Below, one piece after another: positions 36,243 through 45,533 of a stretch of 64,000 nt of DNA. The DNA comes from Gemmatimonadota bacterium (GTDB taxonomy: Bacteria > Gemmatimonadota > Gemmatimonadetes > Palauibacterales > KS3-K002). Position numbers and translations under genes: made by a program. The stretch is from assembly GCA_039586795.1 (NCBI GenBank), contig JBDHJS010000001.1, positions 128,001-192,000 of the forward strand, given 5' to 3'. Every line of letters begins with the position of its first letter. The first letter of the stretch is position 1. Under the pieces are notes generated by a model. It was not told the origin of the DNA. It did not search any database and saw only the letters and a program-made list of their open reading frames with translations.

Positions 36243-39068
36243 ATGATCGAATCCAAGACCGAGATCGTAGCGCGCCGTTTGCTCACAGCCGCCTCCGCGT
36301 TCACCGCGCTGCTGCTGTCGCTGTGCGCACCAGGGAGCGTTGGCGCGCAAACCAACGACCTGTGCCTGATGTGCCACTCGAATCCGTCATTATTCGAGAG
36401 CAATCCGCGGGGCACGGCGCTTGTGGTCACACAAGAAATGCTCGGCGGCTCGGTGCACAGCCAGGTCGGCTGCACCGATTGCCACCAAGGACTGGCGTTC
36501 CCACATCCGGAGGAGATTCCGCCGCCGACGTGCGGCCTCTGTCACGACGATCAAACGGTTCAACACGGCGAGTCGCTTCACGGGTTGGCGCAGGCGCGGG
36601 GTGACACATTGGCACCGAGCTGCTCGTACTGCCACGGCACGCACGAGATGCTCGGTCACTTGAATCCGCAGGCGCCGACCTACGTTTTCAACATCCCGCT
36701 GCTGTGCGGTCAATGCCATCACGAAGGGACGGAGGTAACTCTAACGCATGACATCCCGCAGGATCAGATCCTTGAGAACTACTCGCTTTCGATTCACGGC
36801 GAGGGTTTGTTTCGGCAAGGACTGACCGTGACGGCGGTCTGCACGTCCTGCCACACATCGCATTTCATCCTACCTCACACGGACCCCCGCTCCAGCATTC
36901 ACGAATCGAACGTGCCAGCGACCTGCACCCAGTGTCACGCGCTTATCGAAGAAGTGCATCAACAGTTCATCGAAGGGCGACTGTGGGAAGCGGAACCCCA
37001 CAAGATTCCGGTCTGCGTGGACTGCCATTCACCGCACAAGATTCGGCGAGTGTTCTACGACGCGGGCGTCGCCAACCAGGACTGTTTCGGGTGTCACTCC
37101 GATCCGCGCCTGACGATGGAGCGGGACGGACAAGCGATCTCGCTGTACGTCGATGAGCAAGCGTACAGTCTCTCCATGCACTCGGGTACGGGCTGCGCCC
37201 AATGTCATACAGACGTGGCGCCATCTCTGTTGGCACGACCCTGCTCTACTTCCGTGGCTACGAACGTAGACTGCGCGATCTGTCACCCCGTGGAAGTCGA
37301 GGCACACAATGGCAGCATCCATGGTCAGCTGGTGGCGGAGGGCGATCCTGATTCGCCGGCCTGCCTGGATTGTCACGACAATCACGCCACGCTTGGCCAG
37401 TTGTCGCCGGCGTCACCGACTTACCCGCGCAACGTTCCGGACCTGTGTGCCCGGTGCCACCGGGAAGGTGAGCCTGGAGCGCGTCGCCTGACCCATGATA
37501 GTCCGCTGAACATCATCAACAAATACGAGATGAGCATCCACGGTAAGGGGCTACTCGAGAGCGGCTTGGTGGTGACGGCGACCTGCTCAAGTTGCCACGG
37601 CCCGCATCATGTGCTACCGGCCGAAGACCCGGCGTCGTTAGTGCACAGAGACAATGTTACCGGCACCTGCGGTACCTGTCACCACGGCATCGAGGAGATC
37701 TATCAGGAGAGCGTGCACTGGGTAGGCAGGGAGGAATTCGACCCGTCGGAGCACGAACACGACCTGCCGACTTGCGAGAACTGCCATACATCGCACACGA
37801 TCAGCCGCACGGACCGCACCGATTTCCGCCTATCGATGATGGATCAGTGCGGCCGCTGCCACACGGAAGAGTCGGAGACGTTCTTCGACACGTTTCATGG
37901 CAAGGTATCCCGCCTGGGAGACGCGGGCGCCGCCAAGTGTTACGACTGCCACGGTACGCACAATATCCTGCCGACCACCGAGCCCGGGTCCACCTTGAGC
38001 CGGCGGAACATCATCGAGACGTGCGCTCAGTGTCACCCCGGCGCCAATCGCAAGTTCACGGGCTACCTGACGCACGCCACCCACCACGACGCCGAGCGGT
38101 ATCCCTTCCTGTTTTGGGCGTTCTGGGGGATGACGGCGCTGCTGGTCGGCACTCTGTCGTTTGCCACACTCCACACGCTCGCCTGGCTATTCCGCATGTG
38201 GCGGTCACCGGGCGAGTGGGTTCGTCACAAGCCGGTAGAAGGTGAGGCGCTGTACCGACGTTTCACGACGTTCGAGCGCTCACTTCACCTGACGATGTTG
38301 ATCAGCTTCTTCGTGCTGGCGATCACCGGCATGATCTTGAAGTTCTCGTACACCGGGTGGGCACAATCGCTGGCGAGCTTCGTCGGTGGATTCGCAACTA
38401 CGGGAGTACTCCACCGTATGGGCGCGATCGTGCTGATCACCGTCTTTATGATTCACTTGATCGACGTCTTCATGCGAAAGCAGGCATCGAAGCAGAACTG
38501 GCGCGAGTTCATCTTCTCCGACAGCTCGCTCATGTTCAACAGAAACGACCTGCGGGAGTTTATCGGTTCGATTAAGTGGTTTCTCGGCTGGGGATCGCGG
38601 CCCAAGTATGGACGCTTTACCTACTGGGAGAAATTCGACTACTTCGCAGTCTTCTGGGGAATGTTCATCATCGGGTCGACCGGATTGCTGCTCTGGTTCC
38701 CCGAGCTGTTCACGGTGATTCTGCCAGGGTGGACCGTGAATGTCGCAACCATCTTGCACAGTGACGAAGCGCTGCTGGCCGTGGCGTTCATCTTTACCAT
38801 CCACTTCTTCAACACGCACTTCCGACCGGACAAGTTCCCGATGGATCCCGTCATATTCACCGGACGTGTCCCTGTCGAAGAGTTGAAGCACGATAAACCG
38901 CGCGAGTACGAGAAGCTGGTTGAAGCGGGTAAGCTGGAGGAGTACCTGGTTCACCCATATCCGAAAAAGATGCAGCGACTGTTTCGCGTCTTCGGCTTCT
39001 CCGCCCTTGCCGTGGGTCTGATCGTGATATTCTTGATACTCTACTCGATGCTCAGCGTCTACATGTAG
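36243..39068 (+). CDS. 19-heme cytochrome c fused to membrane cytochrome b (CbcL-like quinol oxidoreductase)
   Basis: Signal peptide; 19 CxxCH motifs counted; C-terminal TM domain with RSLH, LHR...IH, YWEKFDY and HSDEALLA...IHFFNTH (FdnI/HydC-like b-heme His pattern). Confidence 0.9.
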   Translation: MIESKTEIVARRLLTAASAFTALLLSLCAPGSVGAQTNDLCLMCHSNPSLFESNPRGTALVVTQEMLGGSVHSQVGCTDCHQGLAFPHPEEIPPPTCGLCHDDQTVQHGESLHGLAQARGDTLAPSCSYCHGTHEMLGHLNPQAPTYVFNIPLLCGQCHHEGTEVTLTHDIPQDQILENYSLSIHGEGLFRQGLTVTAVCTSCHTSHFILPHTDPRSSIHESNVPATCTQCHALIEEVHQQFIEGRLWEAEPHKIPVCVDCHSPHKIRRVFYDAGVANQDCFGCHSDPRLTMERDGQAISLYVDEQAYSLSMHSGTGCAQCHTDVAPSLLARPCSTSVATNVDCAICHPVEVEAHNGSIHGQLVAEGDPDSPACLDCHDNHATLGQLSPASPTYPRNVPDLCARCHREGEPGARRLTHDSPLNIINKYEMSIHGKGLLESGLVVTATCSSCHGPHHVLPAEDPASLVHRDNVTGTCGTCHHGIEEIYQESVHWVGREEFDPSEHEHDLPTCENCHTSHTISRTDRTDFRLSMMDQCGRCHTEESETFFDTFHGKVSRLGDAGAAKCYDCHGTHNILPTTEPGSTLSRRNIIETCAQCHPGANRKFTGYLTHATHHDAERYPFLFWAFWGMTALLVGTLSFATLHTLAWLFRMWRSPGEWVRHKPVEGEALYRRFTTFERSLHLTMLISFFVLAITGMILKFSYTGWAQSLASFVGGFATTGVLHRMGAIVLITVFMIHLIDVFMRKQASKQNWREFIFSDSSLMFNRNDLREFIGSIKWFLGWGSRPKYGRFTYWEKFDYFAVFWGMFIIGSTGLLLWFPELFTVILPGWTVNVATILHSDEALLAVAFIFTIHFFNTHFRPDKFPMDPVIFTGRVPVEELKHDKPREYEKLVEAGKLEEYLVHPYPKKMQRLFRVFGFSALAVGLIVIFLILYSMLSVYM

Positions 39069-39099
39069 GCACGGAACCGTCTACATGTAGGCACTGAAC
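39056..39099. repeat. 22-bp tandem duplication spanning the cytochrome stop codon
   Basis: CGTCTACATGTAGGCACGGAAC / CGTCTACATGTAGGCACTGAAC. Confidence 0.9.
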
Positions 39100-39106
39100 G
39101 TTGACG

Positions 39107-41383
39107 TCAGTGTCCAGCCCGCGCCCACGCTACAACTGCCTGTCCCAGAGATATGCCGCCATCGTTGGGCGGCACCTGCCGGTGGGTGAAGACCTCGAAG
39201 CCGGCGTCGTCCAGACCGTCGACCATCAGGCGCGTCAGCAGCGAACTCTGGAAACAGCCTCCGCTCAGCATCACGCGATTGAGCTTGTGCTTGTCGCGGA
39301 TCAGCTTGCATGTGTCGAGGGTGAAGGATGCCACGGTGTTGTGGAAGGCGTTGCTGATCCACTTCACGGGTCGTCCAGCTCGATACTCACACCAGAGGGC
39401 GCGCAACGTGGCGGCGGGGTCGATGACCCAGCCGTCACCTTCGCGGATGATGTCGTAGGGGAAGTAATCATCCCCCTGCGGGTCGGCGATGGCTTCCAAT
39501 TCGACGGCTGGCTGGCCTTCGTACTCCGCCTCGCGGCGCAAATCCAGCAGCGCGGCCGCGGCGTCGAAGAGCCGACCGCATGACGAGGTGAGCGGCATGT
39601 TGATCTCCGCGTCAAACTGCCGCCTCAAGATGATGCGCTCGCCGATGGGGATCGAATCGATGAAGGGCCTGAATTCGGTTTCCGGGATGCCACGACAGAG
39701 GCTCCAGATGTAACCCGCCGCCATCCGGTACGGCTTCTTGATCGCAGCCTCACCGCCGAGCATCGGAGCGTACTTCAAATGCGCCACACGCTCGAAGCCC
39801 TTCCAATCCGCGACCAGCAGTTCACCGCCCCACACAGCGCCGTCCGTACCGTAGCCTGTTCCGTCGAACGCGATCCCAATAACAGGCTCGCTGATTCCGT
39901 GCTCGGCCATCACGCTGACGATATGCGCGTGATGGTGCTGCACGGCGACCCGTAGCGCCTGGCCAGCCGGGTAGTCGTAGGCAACGCGCGTCGACAAGTA
40001 GTCGGGGTGCGAGTCGTGGGCGATGACCTGCGGCTCGACTCTGAACAGATTTCGATACGTCTCGAGCGCCGAATGAAAGTGTTCAAGTGTCTCGAGGTTT
40101 TCGAGGTCGCCGATGTGCTGGCTTAGAAAGGCCTTGGAGCCTTTGACGAGACAGAACGTGTTCTTCTGTTGAGCGCCTACGGCAAGAACATCCTGCGACG
40201 ACTCAAAGGGCAGGTCGATTGGCGCAGGTGCATAGCCACGCGCTCGACGAATCGGTACGACGGCATCGCCCAGGCTTCGCACCACGGAGTCATCGTAGCG
40301 GGCGTGAATGTCCCGGTCGTGGAGCAAGAACTCATCGGCGATTTCGCCGAGTCGCTCAATCGCCTCCTGGTTGCCGATGGCAATCGGTTCCTCGCTAAGG
40401 TTGCCGCTCGTCATCACCACGGGGCCATCCATCGCCCGCATCAGCAGATGGTGCAGCGGTGTATAAGGAAGCATGACGCCCAGGGTATCCAGGCCGTAAG
40501 CGACGTCCTCGGCAATTCCTGTATCGCGTCGTCGCTTAATCAGCACGATGGGGCGCTCGCGGCTTTCCAGCGCCTGCAACTCGGCGGGACGGACCTTGCA
40601 CAGACGTTTCGCCCACGCGGCATCGGGCACCATAAGGGCGAATGGCTTTCCAAATCGTCGCTTACGATTCCGAAGCTCGGCGACCGCCTCCGCGTTCATT
40701 GCGTCGCAGGCCAACTGGTAGCCGCCCAATCCCTTGATCGCAACGATTTGGCCGTTCTTCAGGCAATCGACGCAAGCCTCGATGACGTCCTTCGACGCCG
40801 CTTCGGTGTCAGTACCTCCGCTAAGCCAGATCTTCGGCCCGCAGACCGGGCACGCCACGGGCTGCGCGTGGAATCTTCGGTCCTGCGGATCCTCGTATTC
40901 GCGACGGCAATCCTCGCACATAACGAACCCACGCATTGTGGTTCGTCTGCGATCGTAGGGGAGTTTCTCGATGATCGTGAAGCGAGGACCGCAGTGCGTG
41001 CAGTTGGTGAACGGATAGCGATAGCGCCGTTCGGACACATCTAGCGTTTCGGCAAGGCAATCGTCGCAGGTCGCGCTGTCCGGTGGAATCGACTGCCAGC
41101 CCTCGTCCTCGGTGCTCTCGACGATCTCGAAGGTGGCATAGCCGTGAAATGTCTTGTTCTCGCTGAGGATTTCGTCAATCCGACACAGAGGAGGAGCGTC
41201 CGCGCGAAGTCCTTCTAGAAACGCCCGCAGCGCGCCTTCATCGCCGTCCAACTCGATTTCCACCTGGGCATTCGTGTTTCGGACCCAGCCGGTCAGGCCG
41301 TGACGTTTGGCCAGCTGGTAGATGAAGGGGCGGAAGCCAACGCCCTGGACGATCCCGCGGACGCGGACACTCAGTCCTTGCAC
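39107..41383 (-). CDS. hypF: Carbamoyltransferase HypF
   Basis: VQGVGFRPF acylphosphatase domain, two CxxC zinc fingers, KGLGGY, SQHIGDL, QHHHAH and PPNDGG. Confidence 0.96.
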   Translation of the reverse strand: MQGLSVRVRGIVQGVGFRPFIYQLAKRHGLTGWVRNTNAQVEIELDGDEGALRAFLEGLRADAPPLCRIDEILSENKTFHGYATFEIVESTEDEGWQSIPPDSATCDDCLAETLDVSERRYRYPFTNCTHCGPRFTIIEKLPYDRRRTTMRGFVMCEDCRREYEDPQDRRFHAQPVACPVCGPKIWLSGGTDTEAASKDVIEACVDCLKNGQIVAIKGLGGYQLACDAMNAEAVAELRNRKRRFGKPFALMVPDAAWAKRLCKVRPAELQALESRERPIVLIKRRRDTGIAEDVAYGLDTLGVMLPYTPLHHLLMRAMDGPVVMTSGNLSEEPIAIGNQEAIERLGEIADEFLLHDRDIHARYDDSVVRSLGDAVVPIRRARGYAPAPIDLPFESSQDVLAVGAQQKNTFCLVKGSKAFLSQHIGDLENLETLEHFHSALETYRNLFRVEPQVIAHDSHPDYLSTRVAYDYPAGQALRVAVQHHHAHIVSVMAEHGISEPVIGIAFDGTGYGTDGAVWGGELLVADWKGFERVAHLKYAPMLGGEAAIKKPYRMAAGYIWSLCRGIPETEFRPFIDSIPIGERIILRRQFDAEINMPLTSSCGRLFDAAAALLDLRREAEYEGQPAVELEAIADPQGDDYFPYDIIREGDGWVIDPAATLRALWCEYRAGRPVKWISNAFHNTVASFTLDTCKLIRDKHKLNRVMLSGGCFQSSLLTRLMVDGLDDAGFEVFTHRQVPPNDGGISLGQAVVAWARAGH

Positions 41384-41384
41384 G

Positions 41385-42056
41385 CTAGGTGCTCCGTCTA
41401 CTCTCCTCGATTCTCTCCGTCAGCCAGTTCTGCCACTCGTCCAAGCCAGCTCCAGAAAACGATGAGGTTGAGAATACTCTCAGGTCAGGATTAACCGATC
41501 GAGCGTTCTCGATCGCCGCATCCGCGGAGAACTGCAGGTGCGGAATTAGATCCGTCTTGGTCAAGATGAAGGCGCTGGCCCTCTTGAACGCCGCGGGATA
41601 CTTGAGAGGCTTGTCCTCGCCTTCGGTTACGCTCATCAACACAACCTTCACCGATTCGCCAAGGTCGAACGAAGATGGGCAGACCAGATTGCCCACATTC
41701 TCTATGAAGAGAAGATCCAGCCGGTCACGATCGATGGCCTCGAGGGATCGCGTAACCTGTTCAGCGTTCAAGTGGCAGCCGCCTCCCGTCTCGATTGCTT
41801 CCACAGGCACCCCGTGACGTATCAATCGCTCGGCATCATTGCGCGTCTGGACGTCACCCGCCACGACCGCCAGCCGCAGGTGGTCTTTAAGCCCATCGAT
41901 GGTCTTTTCGAGCAATGTCGTCTTTCCCGACCCCGGCGACGAAATCATGTTGATGCAGAAGATGCCCCGAGCCGTAAGGTCACCACGGATGTGCTCGGCC
42001 AGCTGATCGTTGGCACTAAGGACCTTCTGTTTGACGTCCACGCGCTCGGCGCTCAT
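41385..42056 (-). CDS. hypB: Hydrogenase nickel incorporation GTPase HypB
   Basis: SSPGSGKT, GGCHL, ENVGNLVCP, EGEDKPLKYP and TKTDL. Confidence 0.96.
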   Translation of the reverse strand: MSAERVDVKQKVLSANDQLAEHIRGDLTARGIFCINMISSPGSGKTTLLEKTIDGLKDHLRLAVVAGDVQTRNDAERLIRHGVPVEAIETGGGCHLNAEQVTRSLEAIDRDRLDLLFIENVGNLVCPSSFDLGESVKVVLMSVTEGEDKPLKYPAAFKRASAFILTKTDLIPHLQFSADAAIENARSVNPDLRVFSTSSFSGAGLDEWQNWLTERIEESRRST

Positions 42057-42062
42057 CGCGTC

Positions 42063-42401
42063 TCACTCCACTTCCAGGTAGCTGACCTGCAGGGTTTGGC
42101 CCCCCGACACACCTTGCGCCACAGCCTTGCACTCCGGGCACTCGAACGGAGCGCGCAGAACCTCGAAACGCAGGCCGCACTCCAGACACGCTGCCAGGCC
42201 CGGTTCGCGCTCGATCTCCAGATGCACATCGCCAAAGCGATCCTTGAGCACAACGTCCAGGCAGAACCTGAGCGATTCCACCTCGACACCAGAGAAGACG
42301 CCGACCACAACGCCCAACGCCGTCATGCGGGTCTCGGACGCCTTGGCCAGCTCCCCCTCGCAGATCGAGCCGATTTCCAGGGCCAGCGACATCTCGTGCA
42401 C
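42063..42401 (-). CDS. hypA: Hydrogenase nickel metallochaperone HypA
   Basis: MHE N-terminus, CLEC and CPEC. Confidence 0.93.
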   Translation of the reverse strand: MHEMSLALEIGSICEGELAKASETRMTALGVVVGVFSGVEVESLRFCLDVVLKDRFGDVHLEIEREPGLAACLECGLRFEVLRAPFECPECKAVAQGVSGGQTLQVSYLEVE

Positions 42402-42425
42402 GCGATCACCTTAGTAAGATTGGCC

Positions 42426-42441
42426 CGCAAGGGTCAGGCCG
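42426..42441 (-). promoter_or_regulatory. Candidate sigma54 promoter of hypABF
   Basis: Minus strand CGGCCTGACCCTTGCG (GG-N10-GC, TTGC) 25 nt upstream of the start. Confidence 0.4.
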
Positions 42442-42553
42442 CTGAGCGGCGGAAACCCAGGTGCTGTAAACCCTTGCTGTTAAAAGAAATATGGATTCTC
42501 GTTCGCGGCCACGACAACCCCGGTGCGGCGGGGCGGGACATTCCGCGACGCGG

Positions 42554-43294
42554 CTAGCCCCGCAGGAACCACTGGAAGCCGATCATCGCCAGTAGCGAGG
42601 CGGTGACCGCGGTGGCGACGGTACGACTGGGGGCGTCCGCCAGGGCTTCTGGGATCAGCTCGGCGAAGCTCATCCAGATCATGGCGCCGGCGGCGAATCC
42701 GAGCCCCACCGGCAGGACGGTGGCAAACGCAGCGACGAAAAGGAATGCGGGCACCGCCAACAGAGGCTGTGGAAGACTCGAGAAGATGCTCCAGGCGGCG
42801 GCCCGTCGCACCGGTTCGCCGCGTGGTACGAGCACGAGGCTGATGGCGAGTCCTTCGGGAATATTGTGCACCGCGATGGCCGTCGTGATGAAGACGCCGA
42901 GGGCCTCTCCACCGCCGAAGGATACGCCGACGCCTACGCCTTCGGTGAACGAGTGCACGGTCATCACGCCGATGATGAGCAGAGCCCGGCCGGCATCGAC
43001 GCCTCGCAGCGTGCCAAGCTGCAGCTCGCCGTGGCCGTGGAGCCAACGCGTGCTCGAGGCGATGAATGCCACGCCCAACAGCGCACCAGCAATCACCCTC
43101 ATCAGACCCGCATTCAAACCCTCGTAGATGAGGCCGAAGCTGGCAGCGATCATCAGGCCGGCGGCTACGGAGTTAGCCATTGCCAGCCACGTCCGGGTCA
43201 TGCGCGGCAAGAAGAGGAATGGCACGGCCCCGAGCCCCGTGGCGAGCGCCGTTACGACGGCGAAGATGAAGACAGTTAGGGGTGTGATTGGCAT
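42554..43294 (-). CDS. ZIP family metal transporter (ZupT/GufA-like)
   Basis: ATGLGA, HSFTEG, HNIPEGLA and ELIPEA. Confidence 0.92.
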   Translation of the reverse strand: MPITPLTVFIFAVVTALATGLGAVPFLFLPRMTRTWLAMANSVAAGLMIAASFGLIYEGLNAGLMRVIAGALLGVAFIASSTRWLHGHGELQLGTLRGVDAGRALLIIGVMTVHSFTEGVGVGVSFGGGEALGVFITTAIAVHNIPEGLAISLVLVPRGEPVRRAAAWSIFSSLPQPLLAVPAFLFVAAFATVLPVGLGFAAGAMIWMSFAELIPEALADAPSRTVATAVTASLLAMIGFQWFLRG

Positions 43295-43402
43295 GACTTG
43301 GATTCACCTGCGATCCGGGTCACTGTCAGGCTTCGGGGGGATACGGCAAAGGCGCGCCCCCGCAAACCGGGAGCGCGCCATGACGCCAACTCGTCTCTTC
43401 GC

Positions 43403-43792
43403 CTAGGCTGGACTGTGGCAGAGCGTGCAGTATTGATTGTCCCTGCCCTCGTGGTCCGCCGGCGGAGGTTTTACACCGCCATCCGTGTGGCACATGGAGC
43501 AACTTTCCTGCCCCTCCACGGCGTGGGGCATGGCAGGGGGTGCGGTCGTCTGCACCGCGGCATCCGTCGCGTGACACCACAGGCAAACGTCAACAGGCAT
43601 GCCCTTGTGCGCCTCAGGGGCCGGCTTCATGCCGCCCTCGGGATTGTGGCACATCAGGCATTGCTCCTGCCCCTCCACCGCGTGTGCCATAGCCGGCGGC
43701 GTTACCCATCCCTCCTGCCAGGCGAAGGCGCCAAGAAACGCGATCGCCGCCAGCAGAACCAGTGAGAAAGCAAACGAACGTTTGTGGTTCAT
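43403..43792 (-). CDS. Small tetraheme cytochrome c made of two NapB-like diheme repeats
   Basis: Signal peptide; CLMCH, CLWCH, CSMCH and CTLCH; repeat unit PPAMxHAVEGQExCxMCH...PxxH...CxxCH. Confidence 0.85.
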   Translation of the reverse strand: MNHKRSFAFSLVLLAAIAFLGAFAWQEGWVTPPAMAHAVEGQEQCLMCHNPEGGMKPAPEAHKGMPVDVCLWCHATDAAVQTTAPPAMPHAVEGQESCSMCHTDGGVKPPPADHEGRDNQYCTLCHSPA

Positions 43793-44131
43793 GTTTCGCT
43801 CCCTTGTTAAACCACAGTATAAGACACTTCGGGCGCGCACGAGTTTCCTCTGACCACTGCCTATGCCTGCGAAACCTTAGGTGTGTTGACCTTTTCAGGC
43901 AAGGGGCAAGTGGCCGAAACACAATAACTGTTACAAATAGTCACATGTGTGGCAGAATAGCGACCCCGAGGGAGTCTCTATGACAGGCCAGGCATAGACC
44001 AATGAAAAACCGAAACTCAAGTCCGCTCGCTCGCCCACACTGTCGTCCTCTCTCACACTGCTCGGAGAAGAACAACGCCCGGCTCCATCACTCTACAAGC
44101 GGGTGCTGGGCATATCGATAGGTTCGCGGTT

Positions 44132-45346
44132 CTACTCGCTGTTCTGCAGACTCTGCAGAAAGGCGGAGATGTCGGCGAGGTCTTCAGCCGAAAGTTGGGG
44201 CCAAGCGGTCTCCTGCAGATCCGGCGCGGCATCCATGATGACCGCGTGGTTCCACAGCATCGCTATGGCATCCGCCGGCGACTCGAGGCCAGTGAGCTGT
44301 GTGAAGTCGGTGGCGCTGATTCCGCCCGTTCCCTGGAGCGAGTGACAGCCAAGACATCCCTTGTCGCGAAGCGTCTGCGCTCCGCGCTCGTCGTCACCCG
44401 GCTCCGCGAAGTACTCGACGGAGTAGAGATAGGCGACGAGGTCGGCCATCTCGACGGCGCCGACTTGTGGAAGGCTCAACCCCTTCTGACGGGCTGCTGC
44501 CTGCATCTGCGCCCGTTTGTTCCACATCGCGGCAGCGAATTCCGTGAGGCCCCACTGACGTCCCTGGGCCGCCAGGTCGGGCGCAACGTAGCCGCCCACG
44601 CCCTGAACGGCATGGCATTCGTCGCAGCGCTTCTCCGCGAAAACGACCCTGCCCGATTGTGCGCGGCCGGGCAGGACGTAGAGTCTTCCCTCGATAGGAA
44701 CGGTCGAGACGGACTGCAGGTAGGCGATTAGATCGAGGATATCCGATCCTTCGAACATCGGCCGCTCAACGCCGGTGAGCTCCATGGCCTGGCTCATCAT
44801 GGCGCTGTGGTTCCACATGGAGGCGGCAGCGATGATCGGTGAGCCATAGCGACCGAAGTGGTCGAGCTCCGGGCCGGCGTCGCCGCCGTAATCGCCGATT
44901 CGGTGACAGACGAAGCATTTCTTTTCCGTGTAGAGCTTCTTGCCGGCCGTCACGTCGCCCGGTGCATCGAAGTAGTCGAGGGTAAAGAGAAAACCGATGA
45001 GGTCGTCCGCCTCGTCGGCATTGAGCTCAGGGTATTGTATCCCCTGGACTCTCATACCGTCGACCATGGCGGGCAGATGATTCCAGACATTCGCCGCCAA
45101 CTCGTAAAACGAGCGTCTTCGGGGGATGCGGGCCAGATCGGGCGCCGACGTGCCGCCGATCCCGTTCACGGCATGACAGCGGATGCAGCCTTTGGACTCA
45201 AAGACCTCCGAACCCGCAAGAGGATCCTGCATTGGCTCCGTCGCCTGCCCAACTGCGACCCGAGGAGTCAACAAGACACCCAGGCCAGAGCCCAATGCGA
45301 AGATCGTGGCGTTGGATCTGATAAAACGGGAAAGAACGGTAACCAT
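44132..45346 (-). CDS. Cytochrome c with four tandem monoheme class I-like domains
   Basis: CIRCH, CFVCH, CDECH and CLGCH, each followed by PDL/PEL-like and WNH/WNK motifs; GGGGG RBS before ATG 45346. Confidence 0.88.
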   Translation of the reverse strand: MVTVLSRFIRSNATIFALGSGLGVLLTPRVAVGQATEPMQDPLAGSEVFESKGCIRCHAVNGIGGTSAPDLARIPRRRSFYELAANVWNHLPAMVDGMRVQGIQYPELNADEADDLIGFLFTLDYFDAPGDVTAGKKLYTEKKCFVCHRIGDYGGDAGPELDHFGRYGSPIIAAASMWNHSAMMSQAMELTGVERPMFEGSDILDLIAYLQSVSTVPIEGRLYVLPGRAQSGRVVFAEKRCDECHAVQGVGGYVAPDLAAQGRQWGLTEFAAAMWNKRAQMQAAARQKGLSLPQVGAVEMADLVAYLYSVEYFAEPGDDERGAQTLRDKGCLGCHSLQGTGGISATDFTQLTGLESPADAIAMLWNHAVIMDAAPDLQETAWPQLSAEDLADISAFLQSLQNSE

Positions 45347-45533
45347 GATCCCCCCAGCGGTCTCGACGGCGCGGGGCTGGGTCTGAGGCGGCCCGCTTGC
45401 CGTCGCGGTGAGTGGTTCCGTAGGTATATACGAAATTAAGGCGTTGTTGGTTTGGGAGCCAGCAATTGATGTGAAAAGTCGCCGGACGCGACTGGCGTCC
45501 GGCGACTCGCTTGTGCCTCTAGATTCTCGTACG

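Noticed and set aside
43929..43945. CRP/FNR/Rex-like site TGTTA-N7-TCACA upstream of the tetraheme gene
   Set aside because: Spacing is 7 rather than 6, too weak to call.
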